Source of the DNA: Chthoniobacteraceae bacterium
Lineage (GTDB): Bacteria; Verrucomicrobiota; Verrucomicrobiia; Chthoniobacterales; Chthoniobacteraceae
Direction of reading: 5' to 3'
Length of the DNA stretch: 64,000 bases
Assembly: GCA_040081625.1 (NCBI GenBank)
Contig: JBEBGD010000011.1
Location: forward strand, 1 to 64,000
The translations under genes and the position numbers were made by a program. The notes under the pieces were generated by a model, which had not been told where the DNA came from, made no database searches, and saw only the letters and a program-made list of their open reading frames with translations. This document shows, piece by piece, positions 1-9,939 of this stretch. Within the stretch, counting starts at the first letter, position 1, and every line of letters begins with the position of its first letter.

Positions 1-3000
1 GGGGTGGGGACGAGCGGTGTCGTGGCGGGGGTCGGCGGCTCCCGCATCGGCGCGTCGGATGGCCCGACATTCATCACGGCTTCGGCGGGCTCCAGCGCCG
101 TCTTCGCGCTGACACTGGAAGCGGGCGGGGAAATCTCCGGCGGGTTCACCGGCCCGATCACCATCGCTACCGACAGTATCGACATCCAGGGCGGCACCAT
201 CAATTCCAGCAGCGGCCTCACGACGATCACCACGCGCACGGCGGGCACGGTGATCGATCTCGGCGGGGCGGATCGGTTGAGCGGCAGCTCGCTCAGGCTC
301 GGCCTCACGAGCGCGGAGCTGGCCCAGATCAGCGCCAGCTCGCTCCAGATCGGCGACGGCAGCGGCGGGCCCATCGTCTTTAGCGGCGCGGTCACTTCGC
401 CGAACCCTCTCGTGCTGGTCACCAGCGCGACGGTCTCCGGCGCCGGGGCGCTCACGATGCTGGCAGGGCGCGACTTGAGAATCACCGCCGGCGGCGGGAT
501 CGACTTGAGCGGCCCTCTCACGGTGCCCGCCACGCTCATCCTCAATGTGGGAGCCGCCGACATCGCGCTGACGAATGCCGGCAACGATTTCAACACCGTG
601 GCCATCCCGAACGCCGCCTTCGTCACCCTCCAGGAGAATAGCGGCTTCGTGCTCGGCGAATCCACCATCACGGGTGTGCTCTCCATCCAGACCGATAGCG
701 CGGTCAGCCAGTCGGGTCCGCTCGGCGGCACCGGCGGCCTGACCTTGCGAGGCACCGGCGGCCTCACGCTCAGCTTCGCGAACACCTACAGCGGCACCAC
801 GACCGTCTCCGGCGGCACGCTCCAGTTCGATGGCTTCAGCCCGGCCTTGAACGGCCAGTTCGGCCTGAACGGCGGCACGCTGGCTTACAATCTGGGTGTG
901 CCCTCCACAGTCCTCACGCCCACGATCGCGATCACCGCCGCTTCCACCATCGACGTCGCTGGCGGCACGACGATCACGCTCAGTGATGTGATCTCGGGTG
1001 CCGGCGGGTTGACGAAAACCGGCGCGGGCACGCTCGTGCTCGGCAACGAGTTCAACTCCTTCGGCCCGGCGCCGCTGAACATCGCCGATGGCACTCTGCA
1101 AGTGGCCACCGATGGTGCGCTCGGCGATGCGGGCAACCCGGTCGTCTTCCAGACCGCCACACTTCAAACCACCGCGGCTTTCATGAGCGGGCGACATGTC
1201 ACGCTCCAGTCCGGCGTTGCCACCTTCCAGATCGATGGTCCGAGCCTCACCCTCCTCGGCGTGATCGACGGGACCGGCACGCGCGTGGTCACGGGCCCCG
1301 GGCTACTTCAAACCACCCGCGTTTTCACCGGCGGAGACGTCACGGAAAGCGGTGGCGCACCTTCGGTGATCGGCAATACCAGCGTCTCCGTCGGCAAGGG
1401 CACAGCCATCATCCACCTCGTGGACGGCGACCCCACGAAGATCGACACGATCGAGCTGATGAACACGACCAGCCGCACCAAGCTCGTCATCAAAAGCACC
1501 AATGGACTGCCGACCACGATCCAGCACATCATCATCAGCGACCCGACCCAGCCGCTCGGATCGATCGTGCTCGGCCCCGGCGTGAGCCTCGGCGACGGCC
1601 TGCACGACTCCGTGCCCGAGCTCGATATCAAAGGCAAGGTGGGCAAGCTCCAGTTCGATGCGATCAACTCCTACGCCCTCCTCAGCATCGGCCAAGGGCT
1701 GCCTTACGACGCCGCCGGCAACAAGACCCCCGACACTTACAACAACAACCCAAGTCTCAAAGTTCGCGCGGTCTCCGGCCCCGGCGTGATCTTCGATGTG
1801 ACGGGCGGTGTCTTCACGCCGGGCACGACCGGCTCGCCCGGCGGCGGCGGTCTCGGCAAGGTCCTCGTCGAGGAGTGGAACTTCCCCGGCGCCATCCGCA
1901 CGACGCAAAGCATCAAGAGCTTCACGCTCAAGACCGGCGACTGCGAAGTAGTCTTCTCCGTCGATAAATTCGGAGTCGGCGTGCTCACCACGGCGGGCAT
2001 CGGCTCGATGTCCGTGCCCCCCGGCGCCTGGGCCAGCACCGGCAGCGTCGTCGAAGGCGGCATCACCCGGATGACCACGGGCGACTTCCTCGCCGGTGCG
2101 GATATCACCGCCGGGGCGATCACCACATTCACCGTGAACGGAGACTTCGAAGGCACCGTGAGCTCGGCGGGCGCGATGCGGAACATCACCGTCAAAGGCA
2201 AGTTCGCCGGCTCGCTCCAGGCGGCGTCGGTCGGCAAGATCACGGCGGACCTTTTCGATGGCACCGACCTCACCAATAGCGATCCCTACGGCGACTCCTC
2301 GCGGCGCAATATCAACATCACCACCGGCGGCATGGGCATGGTGATCGCGAAGCCACACGACCTCGACACGTTCGGAATCAAGAACTACGAGATCAGCGTC
2401 GCGACCAGCTTCGCCGGCTTCAGCGTAACCGACAAGACCGCGCCGGGCAGCTTCGTGGGTATCGACCGCGTGACGGTCCAGGCCGGGTCGATCGGCAACA
2501 CCACGGTGAAGGTCACCGCCGCCGCCAGCGCCAAGGCCATTCAAAATTCCGTCTTCGAGAGCAACGGCGCAATGGGCACCCTCAACACCTCGCACAGCAT
2601 CGCCAACTCCATCTTCGCCGCCGCGACGAACATCGCGCAGGTCACGGTCAAAGGAAACTTCACCGGCTCGAAGCTCCTCGCCGGGACCTTCCTCGGCTCC
2701 GACGCGAAGCTCGGCGGCATCAATGATGCCGCGGATGTCTTCGACAGGAGTGGCAGGATCGCAGGCGTCACGGTCCTCGGCGCTTTCAGCGCGAGCACGA
2801 TCGCCGCCGGGATCGATTCGGTGGATGGCATCTACGGCAACAGCGACGACGTCCTCGCCACCACCGGGACCGCCCTCACCGGCAAAGCCACAGCCATCGG
2901 TTCGCTGAAGTTCGGCGCCGGCAGCGGGACCATTGGCTCCTCGCCGACAAACACCCACCTCCACGCGATCGAAGCCGCGTCGATCAAGAGCCTGTCCGTC

Positions 3001-3105
3001 GATCGCGTCGCCGTGAAGCCGCTCCCGGCCGCGCTTCCGAAGTATCTCGATCTCGGCGCCGCCGGCGAAGGCGCAGCCGATGTGCTCGTGCGGATTTTGA
3101 GCTGA
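1..3105 (+). CDS. Large secreted/surface protein with autotransporter-associated beta-strand repeats (5'-truncated by window edge)
   Basis: Frame open from base 1. G/T/S/A-rich, with repeats GGLTLRGTGGLTLSFANTYSGTTTVSGGTL and GGLTKTGAGTLVLG. Beta-helix-like C-terminal half; no recognisable C-terminal beta-barrel. Confidence 0.8.
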   Translation, partial: GVGTSGVVAGVGGSRIGASDGPTFITASAGSSAVFALTLEAGGEISGGFTGPITIATDSIDIQGGTINSSSGLTTITTRTAGTVIDLGGADRLSGSSLRLGLTSAELAQISASSLQIGDGSGGPIVFSGAVTSPNPLVLVTSATVSGAGALTMLAGRDLRITAGGGIDLSGPLTVPATLILNVGAADIALTNAGNDFNTVAIPNAAFVTLQENSGFVLGESTITGVLSIQTDSAVSQSGPLGGTGGLTLRGTGGLTLSFANTYSGTTTVSGGTLQFDGFSPALNGQFGLNGGTLAYNLGVPSTVLTPTIAITAASTIDVAGGTTITLSDVISGAGGLTKTGAGTLVLGNEFNSFGPAPLNIADGTLQVATDGALGDAGNPVVFQTATLQTTAAFMSGRHVTLQSGVATFQIDGPSLTLLGVIDGTGTRVVTGPGLLQTTRVFTGGDVTESGGAPSVIGNTSVSVGKGTAIIHLVDGDPTKIDTIELMNTTSRTKLVIKSTNGLPTTIQHIIISDPTQPLGSIVLGPGVSLGDGLHDSVPELDIKGKVGKLQFDAINSYALLSIGQGLPYDAAGNKTPDTYNNNPSLKVRAVSGPGVIFDVTGGVFTPGTTGSPGGGGLGKVLVEEWNFPGAIRTTQSIKSFTLKTGDCEVVFSVDKFGVGVLTTAGIGSMSVPPGAWASTGSVVEGGITRMTTGDFLAGADITAGAITTFTVNGDFEGTVSSAGAMRNITVKGKFAGSLQAASVGKITADLFDGTDLTNSDPYGDSSRRNINITTGGMGMVIAKPHDLDTFGIKNYEISVATSFAGFSVTDKTAPGSFVGIDRVTVQAGSIGNTTVKVTAAASAKAIQNSVFESNGAMGTLNTSHSIANSIFAAATNIAQVTVKGNFTGSKLLAGTFLGSDAKLGGINDAADVFDRSGRIAGVTVLGAFSASTIAAGIDSVDGIYGNSDDVLATTGTALTGKATAIGSLKFGAGSGTIGSSPTNTHLHAIEAASIKSLSVDRVAVKPLPAALPKYLDLGAAGEGAADVLVRILS

Positions 3106-3199
3106 CGCAGACGTGGGTCACTGAATGGGCGCGAGGATGACGCCCGGCCAGCGCGCGATGACGGCATTGCGCAGACCGACTCATCGCGGAAGGCGCGCG

Positions 3200-4705
3200 T
3201 CATTTTCCCTCAGCGGCCCACTTCTTCATCAGCGCGATGTTCTTCTCGGTCACGCTGTCGCCCTTCTTCCCGCTGCGGCCGCCGACATACACGGCCATGT
3301 CGCTGTCATACATCGCCTCGGACTCGGGGCCTTTGTCGCCGGTCTCGACGATCCAGCGGTCGAGCCGCGCGCGCAGCGTTTCGAGCGTGGCTTTGTGCGC
3401 GGGGTCGGTGGCGAGGTTCTTCACCTGCCAGCGGTCGGTAGTCCATTCGTAGAGTTCCTCGGGCGGACGCGTGGGGCTGAAGAGGAGCTGCTCGGCGAGC
3501 GGATCGAGCTTCCCCGCGTCGTGCAGCGCGCGGAGCGTTTGCACGATGGACTTGCCGTCCTTGTAGGCGTTCGGCTGAAGGTGCGGGCGCTGCGGGTGGA
3601 AGTTGCGGATGTAGAGGAAGCGATCGGTGCGCACGCTGCGGATGCGCTCGACCGTCTCGTCGCAGCGGTCGCGCGCGGCGAACACCGCGTCGCGCGGCTG
3701 GTAGTCCTTCGCGAAGACATCGCGCGCCTGCATCGCTTTCGGCAGCGAGACGCCCGCCGCGCCGAGCGAGATCGCCGCGAGGTCGATGTGCTCGACGAGA
3801 TCGTCGCGCACCTTGCCCTTCGCGATGCCCCGCCCCCGCACCACGAGCGGCACGTGCGTGCCTTCGTCGTAGAGAAACTGCTTCCCGCGCGCGTGGCTGA
3901 TGCCGTGATCGGTCATGAAGATGACGAGCGTCTGATCAAGGATGCCTTCCTTCTCCAGCCGCGCGACGACCTTGCCGACGTGCTCATCCGTGAACCGCAC
4001 CGAGTCGAGATACGCCGCCCAGTCGCGCAGCAGCACCGGGTCGCGCGGATAATACGGCGGCAGCGTCACCTTCTCCGGATCGGTCGCGCCGCCGAACTCC
4101 GCCGTCGCGCGCTCGAGCAATTTCACCGCGCCCGCATCGTTGCCGCCGCGCTGTTTGCCGCCGCTGAGCTGCACCTGCATGAAGAACGGCTGCCCCGCCC
4201 TGCGCCCGGCCCAATCGTTCGAGTCATACATCTTCGCGTCCCACTCGAAGTTGTAATCCGTCTTCCCGAGCCCCGCGCCGCCCCTCTTCCCTGCGCCCGG
4301 CAGCCCGCTGCCGATGCACGTGAAATATCCCGCCTTCTGCAACAGCGCCGGCACCGGCGTCACACCCGCGGGCAGATGAATCTTCTCTACGCCGCGCCCG
4401 CTGCGATGCTGATGCGCGCCGATGCTCGTCTGATACATCCCCGTGATGAACGCCGAGCGGCACGGCGAGCAAACGGGCGCCGTGACGAACGCCCGCGTGA
4501 ACATCGTCCCTTCCCGCGCGAGCCGATCCACGTGCGGCGTCTCGATGAGCTTCTCGCCGTAGCAGGAAAAGTTCGCCGACATGTCATCGACGATGATCCA
4601 CAGAATGTTCGGCTTGCCTGCCCCGAGCTTTGTCGAGGGGTCGGCCGCGAAGGTGGTGAGCGTGAGCGCGAGGAGGGCCGTGAAAACGACCGTGGGGAAT
4701 TTCAT
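3200..4705 (-). CDS. Sulfatase (S1, Cys-type)
   Basis: Signal peptide; PNILWIIVDD; CSPCR FGly motif; MTDHG. Confidence 0.95.
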   Translation of the reverse strand: MKFPTVVFTALLALTLTTFAADPSTKLGAGKPNILWIIVDDMSANFSCYGEKLIETPHVDRLAREGTMFTRAFVTAPVCSPCRSAFITGMYQTSIGAHQHRSGRGVEKIHLPAGVTPVPALLQKAGYFTCIGSGLPGAGKRGGAGLGKTDYNFEWDAKMYDSNDWAGRRAGQPFFMQVQLSGGKQRGGNDAGAVKLLERATAEFGGATDPEKVTLPPYYPRDPVLLRDWAAYLDSVRFTDEHVGKVVARLEKEGILDQTLVIFMTDHGISHARGKQFLYDEGTHVPLVVRGRGIAKGKVRDDLVEHIDLAAISLGAAGVSLPKAMQARDVFAKDYQPRDAVFAARDRCDETVERIRSVRTDRFLYIRNFHPQRPHLQPNAYKDGKSIVQTLRALHDAGKLDPLAEQLLFSPTRPPEELYEWTTDRWQVKNLATDPAHKATLETLRARLDRWIVETGDKGPESEAMYDSDMAVYVGGRSGKKGDSVTEKNIALMKKWAAEGK

Positions 4706-4753
4706 GCCGCCGCCTCTACCAGTTCCCAGCGACTTGGGCAGCTACACTTCCGG

Positions 4754-4999
4754 CTAAGGCACTTCCTCACCCATCGGCACCTGACCCAGCCGAAGGAACG
4801 TCTTCACGAACTCTCCCTCACCGCACGCGGTCATGCCGGGAAAGCGCTTGAACCACGGCCCTGCCGGCACGTCTGGTTCCGTGTCGAGCCACGCTGCGAG
4901 CAACACCAGTTGATCGGCACCGATGCTGCGCTCCTCCACTCGCTGAATGAGGTGTCGCAAGACCGCGGGAGGGACGCCGTGGCGGCGGACTTTAGGCAT
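4754..4999 (-). CDS. Small hypothetical protein (81 aa), candidate toxin
   Basis: Overlaps the upstream 73-aa ORF by 8 nt. The HLIQRVEERSI...VKTF pattern is reminiscent of small RNase toxins (inference). Confidence 0.65.
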   Translation of the reverse strand: MPKVRRHGVPPAVLRHLIQRVEERSIGADQLVLLAAWLDTEPDVPAGPWFKRFPGMTACGEGEFVKTFLRLGQVPMGEEVP

Positions 5000-5213
5000 C
5001 CGGCCGACTGCCGTAGAAGCCCTCGACGATTTCCTCGCGGAGCACCACCGCTTCGACGGGATCGCGGGTCGCGGCGAGGCGTTCGGCGAGCGAGCCGAGT
5101 TCGGCGGGCGAGAGCCTGCGGTGAGCTTCGATCCGGCGCGCGAAACGAACCACCTTCGTTTGCTCCTCCGGCGGGAGCGCCTCGATTTCGCGGATGATTT
5201 CTGCGGCGGTCAT
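4992..5213 (-). CDS. Small helical protein (73 aa), candidate antitoxin
   Basis: N-terminus MTAAEIIREIEALPPEEQ resembles addiction-module antitoxin-type proteins; has its own sigma70-like promoter. Confidence 0.65.
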   Translation of the reverse strand: MTAAEIIREIEALPPEEQTKVVRFARRIEAHRRLSPAELGSLAERLAATRDPVEAVVLREEIVEGFYGSRPDA

Positions 5214-5221
5214 TGCGCGAA

Positions 5222-5250
5222 AGCCTAGGACTTCACCTGGCGAACGGCAA
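5222..5250 (-). promoter_or_regulatory. sigma70-like promoter, probably leaderless or near-leaderless
   Basis: Minus strand reads TTGCCG-N17-TAGGCT-N8-ATG(5213). Confidence 0.55.
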
Positions 5251-5313
5251 GGCGGTGTTCGGGACCTGCGGCAGGGGAGACCGTCCGCGGGCGCGAGGCA
5301 CGCGGAGCATCGT

Positions 5314-6159
5314 TTAGGGCGTTGTGTGGGATTGAAACTCCTTCGTCCGAAGAAACTCCGCGTATGCCGGCGAATTTGGAATCAGGCCTTCGTGGAATGG
5401 CTGCCGAGCGTGGCACTGGATGCACAGCACGCGAATGTTCATCGCCGTATTACTCGTGCGCTCGCCATCGACGTGATGAGCCTGCAGGAAGCGCCGGAGA
5501 TTAGGCGCGGACAGGTTGATGCCGCAGTCTTCGCAGCAGTAGTTCTTCGCCTCCTTGTGCCTGCGCGCGATCACCGGCCAATCGTGCGTGTAAACATTCA
5601 GAACGTCATCGGCATCGAGGCGATGCGTCACTCTTACGTCCCCGTGCAGTTCATTCGTCTCGATGAACAAGCGCAGGTCGAACGGTCGATTCCCGAGCCA
5701 ATTGAAGCGTCGGTTGTAGATGCGCTGGCAGTTTCCGCAGAATCTCAACTCCGCGCCGTTGTCGCCGCGGTATTCCCGGACAACTCGGTCATGCCGAGTC
5801 AGCGTGTAGTTGAATCGCCCGTCTCCGCGCGACGCCATCTTGTATCTATGCTCGCGACCGATCGCTCTCATCATTTGGAGCGTGTCGCAGTTGAAGAGAT
5901 GGTAGCGGTGCATGTCTGCGATGCCGGGGTCTTCGCGCGTGTAGAGCGCCTTCTGCGTGATGTGCAGGATCACCTTGATCACGCGTCCATCCGGCAAAAC
6001 GTGGAAAATCCCGCCTTCCCCGCGAACGAAATCCCGCTCGCTCTCCACGTCGATCCCGCCGCCTGCGAACTGTCGCAGTTTCCGATTCGATTCCGCCACA
6101 ATGTCGATACCGAGCGATCGAACCGCGGAAAGAAGCTCCTCGAACATCGTGAAGGTCAT
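5314..6159 (-). CDS. zorE: Zorya type II HNH endonuclease ZorE
   Basis: RYHLFNCDTLQMM...RY motif; CGNC; CEDC; HHVDG..N...N..VLCIQCH HNH motif. ATGA overlap with zorB. Confidence 0.85.
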   Translation of the reverse strand: MTFTMFEELLSAVRSLGIDIVAESNRKLRQFAGGGIDVESERDFVRGEGGIFHVLPDGRVIKVILHITQKALYTREDPGIADMHRYHLFNCDTLQMMRAIGREHRYKMASRGDGRFNYTLTRHDRVVREYRGDNGAELRFCGNCQRIYNRRFNWLGNRPFDLRLFIETNELHGDVRVTHRLDADDVLNVYTHDWPVIARRHKEAKNYCCEDCGINLSAPNLRRFLQAHHVDGERTSNTAMNIRVLCIQCHARQPFHEGLIPNSPAYAEFLRTKEFQSHTTP

Positions 6160-6929
6160 TTGCTCGTGTCCTCCCGGCGCTGCTCCTCCGACACTTCGAT
6201 GATGCGGAGGATCTGTTCTTTCGTCTTCGTAAAGACGCGGAAATCGACGCGCCGTGATCGGTCTTTGTCTTCACGTCCGTCAGCATCGAGCACAGGTTGG
6301 GCAAAGGAGAGTCCGTTGGCTCTGAGAGCGTGAATCAGCCAATCGCGATGCAGCGTAGTCGCTTCGGACATGAAAGCGTATTGCACGACGGCCAATGCGC
6401 GCTCCTGAGACAGGCGAGCGTTGTGCAAATAACGGTCGGGCAGAGAAACCGCGCGTTCCCACTCGGTGCTCGTATGCCCCTCCACGCGAACCTCGGCGAT
6501 GTTATCGCGATATTTCGGCGCGGTCAGGATACTGACGTAGCGCGGGAAGAAATCGTCGAGGATGACTTTAAATTTGTCGCGCAGGGTGGACTTGCCGGCT
6601 TCAAAGAGCACGTCGGGTTCGTTGAATCGCACCGTGTTGTCCTCTTGAAGTGTGGCGTTCGATCGCGGCAAGTCGTCTTTAAATTCTGCGAGTAAGTCTT
6701 GGTAGAGGCCGACCTGTAGTTCGGAGTAAGTGGCGACGATCTGGCGGATGACCTCACCTTGCTGAAGGTATGTCGCTGCTCGCTTCTGCGCTTCCTCCTT
6801 CTCGCGTTCGATCCGCTGTTTTTCCTGCTGCACGACGAGCATGAATGCAACGGAGATGAGGAGAAACACCATCATCAGTCCCGACATCAGGTCGGAGACG
6901 CTCCCGAGCCAGTTTCCGCCATGTTTCAT
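6156..6929 (-). CDS. zorB: Zorya protein ZorB (MotB/OmpA-like)
   Basis: W..SVSDLMSGLMMVF TM helix with conserved Asp; ILDDFFPRY; VEGHTS; NARLSQERA; SRRVDF. Confidence 0.9.
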   Translation of the reverse strand: MKHGGNWLGSVSDLMSGLMMVFLLISVAFMLVVQQEKQRIEREKEEAQKRAATYLQQGEVIRQIVATYSELQVGLYQDLLAEFKDDLPRSNATLQEDNTVRFNEPDVLFEAGKSTLRDKFKVILDDFFPRYVSILTAPKYRDNIAEVRVEGHTSTEWERAVSLPDRYLHNARLSQERALAVVQYAFMSEATTLHRDWLIHALRANGLSFAQPVLDADGREDKDRSRRVDFRVFTKTKEQILRIIEVSEEQRREDTSK

Positions 6930-8327
6930 CGCGGCATGATTTGCTCTACCGCCGCGAGAAACTCGCGATATCGCTGGCCGAACTGCGTCGTGAGGGAAGT
7001 CAACGCGCTGTTCATCTGGCGCAGCGATTCGGCCAGTTCGTTGCGCGTCGTTTCAGTCACCTCCGCCGTCTTCCTCGTCAGTTCGGTGAGGGATTGCGAT
7101 TGAGTCGTCAATGCCCCTTGCATCCTCGTGGCAAGCTCGTCGATCCGCTGTTTCGTCTCACTCAGCCCCGATGAAATCGAATCGCATTGCACAGACATCG
7201 CGCGGGAGATTGCCGTCATCTGCTCGCGATGTTCGGCTTCTACCTGGGAAAAGCCCGCAGTGATTTCTTCCGCCGCGTGCGCGAAATGGCGCTGCGTCTC
7301 CGTCATCCGCTCCTCGCTCCGCTGGAGTGCACCGACGAGGGACTGAACTGCCAACTCGGTTGCGGCGCGGAAATGCTCCTCGAGTTTCGCCATGTTTGCG
7401 CGCGCACCATCGAATGCCGCGTTGGCGTGTGCTGCCAGCTCGGATTGCTTCGCGAGATGCGCGTTGAGTTCCTGCACTTGACGCTCGCTCGTCGAAATCA
7501 TGTCCCCGAGTCGCACGCAGACCTGGGAGAACTCGTCATTTCGCTTCGCGATTGCGGCCAGCGACGCCTCGGTTTCGTCAATCGCCACGACCGCCTCGCG
7601 CAGAGTCCTCTCGATCTGCTCGATCGTGGCGCGGTAGTTTTCCTGCCACTCGACGAGCTTCAGACACGCGGCGTTAATCTGCTTGAAGTTCTCCCCGAAC
7701 TGCTCCGTCAGGTTTCGGTTGAAGTCGCTGATCACCTGCTCAAGCGCCTTGATGATTTCCTTCGACGCACCCTCGGAAAGTTTTTGCAGCGCTTCCTGCA
7801 GCGAGGCGTTCATCACCGCGAAGCTCTGCTCAAATACCGAGCGAGTTTTGAGCAATTCGTCCCGTTGCTCCATGCGCCCATTACAAATCTGCTCGATCAG
7901 CGTGGCCGAGTCTTGCGCCTGACGCGCGTGGGTCTCGCGCGTCGCGGCCAGCAGGTCTTGGAGCAGAGCTTGAATCGGATCATCAGCCCGAAGCGCGGCA
8001 CGAGTTCGAATCAGCCCCTAAAAACGTGAGCAGCATTGCGATGCTCATGCCGGCAATCGACGTGAGGAACGCCGTCTTCAAGCCGTCGAGTAGCGGTGGG
8101 ATGCTTTCCTGAATCCGCGCGGCATCGAAGGCCTGCAAACCGACGAAGATGCCGAAGAATGTCCCGAGGATTCCCAGCCCGACGATCTCACCCTTGAAGT
8201 TCCGGTGATGTTCACCCGAGCGCCAGAAGTAGGTCGCCAGATCGATCACGGCGAGCACGAGCATCAACGCGAAGAAGGTGAGATTGATCGGCTGAATGAG
8301 AACGTGAACAAGGGCGCTGTTCATCAT
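6926..8327 (-). pseudogene. zorA: Zorya protein ZorA, split by a frameshift into a 3-TM MotA-like part (8327-7983) and a coiled-coil tail (7873-6926)
   Basis: GLGILGTFFGI and GLKTAFLTSIAG MotA-like motifs; the tail has DFNRNLTEQFGENFKQIN. Removing one base of the C4 run at 8015-8018 fuses the two frames into a 466-aa ORF. Confidence 0.8.
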
Positions 8328-8376
8328 GTGAGGGAGGGAGAGCTATGGATCGACGACTACGATTGCGGGCGGTATC

Positions 8377-9939
8377 CTATTTCGCCGGCAGCGGCGCGGG
8401 CTCGAAATCGCTCGGGCTCACCCAACCCGCCTTGAGCTTCTCGCCCGCCATGAAGCGTTCGTAGAAGCCGACGTGGCCGGGGTTCGAGTGCGGGTATTCG
8501 TCGAAGATCGCGCCTCTGCCTTCCATGCGCGGGTCGCCCTGCGCGCGCAGTTCGGCGTGCATCTGCTCGCGCAGTGCGGAGAGCTGCGACGACGCCTGCT
8601 CGCCGGGCGCGAGGTTCTTCACGCAGTCGCGGTCGCGCGCCATGTCGTAGAGTTCCTCACGCGGGCGCAGCCCGAAGCACAAGGCCCAGTGAGGGTCGGC
8701 GGCGTCCTTGCGGCGCGCGTCGAGGATGAAGCTCTTCGTCGCTCCCGCATCGCAATCGAGATAACCCGTCTCGGGATTCCCGCCCGGCCAGCGCGCCGGC
8801 TCGAAGTTCTCCACGTAGAGCCAGTCGCCCTTGATGATCCCGCGAGTCGGGTAGCCCCAGTCGTGCGGGCGGCCGATGTCCGTGCGCTCCTTGCCGATCA
8901 AGACGTGGTCGCGCTCCGCGATCACGCGCCCCGATTTCTCCGAGCGGAAAATCTCCGTTAGGCTGCGCCCCGCCGTCGGCGCCATGCCGGTCTCGCTCCA
9001 TTTCAAGCCCGCGACTTCCACGAGCGTCGGCGCGACATCCACGAAGCTGATGAAGTCGTCGATCGTGCGCCCCGGCTTCGCGATCCCGCGCTTCCACATC
9101 GCAGCGAGCGGCACGTGATTCGACAGCTCATACACATTCCCTTTCCCGCGCGGGAAGGGCATCCCGTGATCGCTCGTCACGACCACGAGCGTGTTGTCGA
9201 GAAGCCCGCGCTTCTCCAGCTCCGCGAGCATCCGCCCGAGATGCCGGTCGAAGTGCTCCACCTCGAACGCGTAGTCGAGCATGTCGTTGCGCACCGTCTC
9301 GTTGTCCGGCCAGAACGCCGGCACTCGATCAATATCGCTCAGCTTCTTCCCGCCCTTCGCCACGCCCGAGCCGAATTCGTAACCGCGATGCGGCTCGACT
9401 GCGCCATACCAAAAGCACCACGGCTTCCCGCCCGGCGCCGCGTCGAGGAAGTCGGTGAAATTTCCCGCGTAGTCGTTGCTGACGATGTCCGGCGTCGGCG
9501 GCTCCGCCTTGCGCTTGTTGAAAGCCACGCCCGTCATCGCGCGCGGCTTTCCGTTCGCATCGTTCGCCACGCCCGGCCCCCAGCCCTTCATCGTGTAGCC
9601 CACCGTCCACCCATGCTCCGCGAGCGCCTCGCCCCAGCCTTTGAACTTCGCCGGGAAATAGCAGATGTGATTCGCCGCTTCCTCGAGCTGCCACGAATTG
9701 CGCCCCGTGAGCAGGCACGCCCGCGACGGCGCGCACTTCGCATTCGGCGTGTAAGCGCGCGTGAACAGCAGCCCCTCCTTCGCCACGCGATCGAACGCCG
9801 GCGTCTTCACCCAAGGCGTCCCGAAAGCGCCCGCGTGCGGGCTCCAGTCGTCGGCGATCGCGAAGAGGATATTCGGCGGCGCTTCGGCGGCGACCGCGCG
9901 GACGGCGAGCGCGAGGAGGAGGAGCGTCAGCCGGATCAC
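8377..9939 (-). CDS. Sulfatase (heparan N-sulfatase-like)
   Basis: GTG start overlapping the upstream TGA; signal peptide; [26 protein letters not shown]. Confidence 0.93.
   Translation of the reverse strand: MIRLTLLLLALAVRAVAAEAPPNILFAIADDWSPHAGAFGTPWVKTPAFDRVAKEGLLFTRAYTPNAKCAPSRACLLTGRNSWQLEEAANHICYFPAKFKGWGEALAEHGWTVGYTMKGWGPGVANDANGKPRAMTGVAFNKRKAEPPTPDIVSNDYAGNFTDFLDAAPGGKPWCFWYGAVEPHRGYEFGSGVAKGGKKLSDIDRVPAFWPDNETVRNDMLDYAFEVEHFDRHLGRMLAELEKRGLLDNTLVVVTSDHGMPFPRGKGNVYELSNHVPLAAMWKRGIAKPGRTIDDFISFVDVAPTLVEVAGLKWSETGMAPTAGRSLTEIFRSEKSGRVIAERDHVLIGKERTDIGRPHDWGYPTRGIIKGDWLYVENFEPARWPGGNPETGYLDCDAGATKSFILDARRKDAADPHWALCFGLRPREELYDMARDRDCVKNLAPGEQASSQLSALREQMHAELRAQGDPRMEGRGAIFDEYPHSNPGHVGFYERFMAGEKLKAGWVSPSDFEPAPLPAK

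Noticed and set aside
8015..8026. Programmed -1 frameshift at G TTT TTA in zorA
   Set aside because: The -1 frame stops within a few codons (AGG GGC TGA); only the +1 frame continues.
6156..8327. Flagellar MotA/MotB or ExbB/TolQ interpretation
   Set aside because: The long coiled-coil tail, coupled HNH gene and ZorB-type motifs indicate Zorya; no flagellar or Ton genes are nearby.
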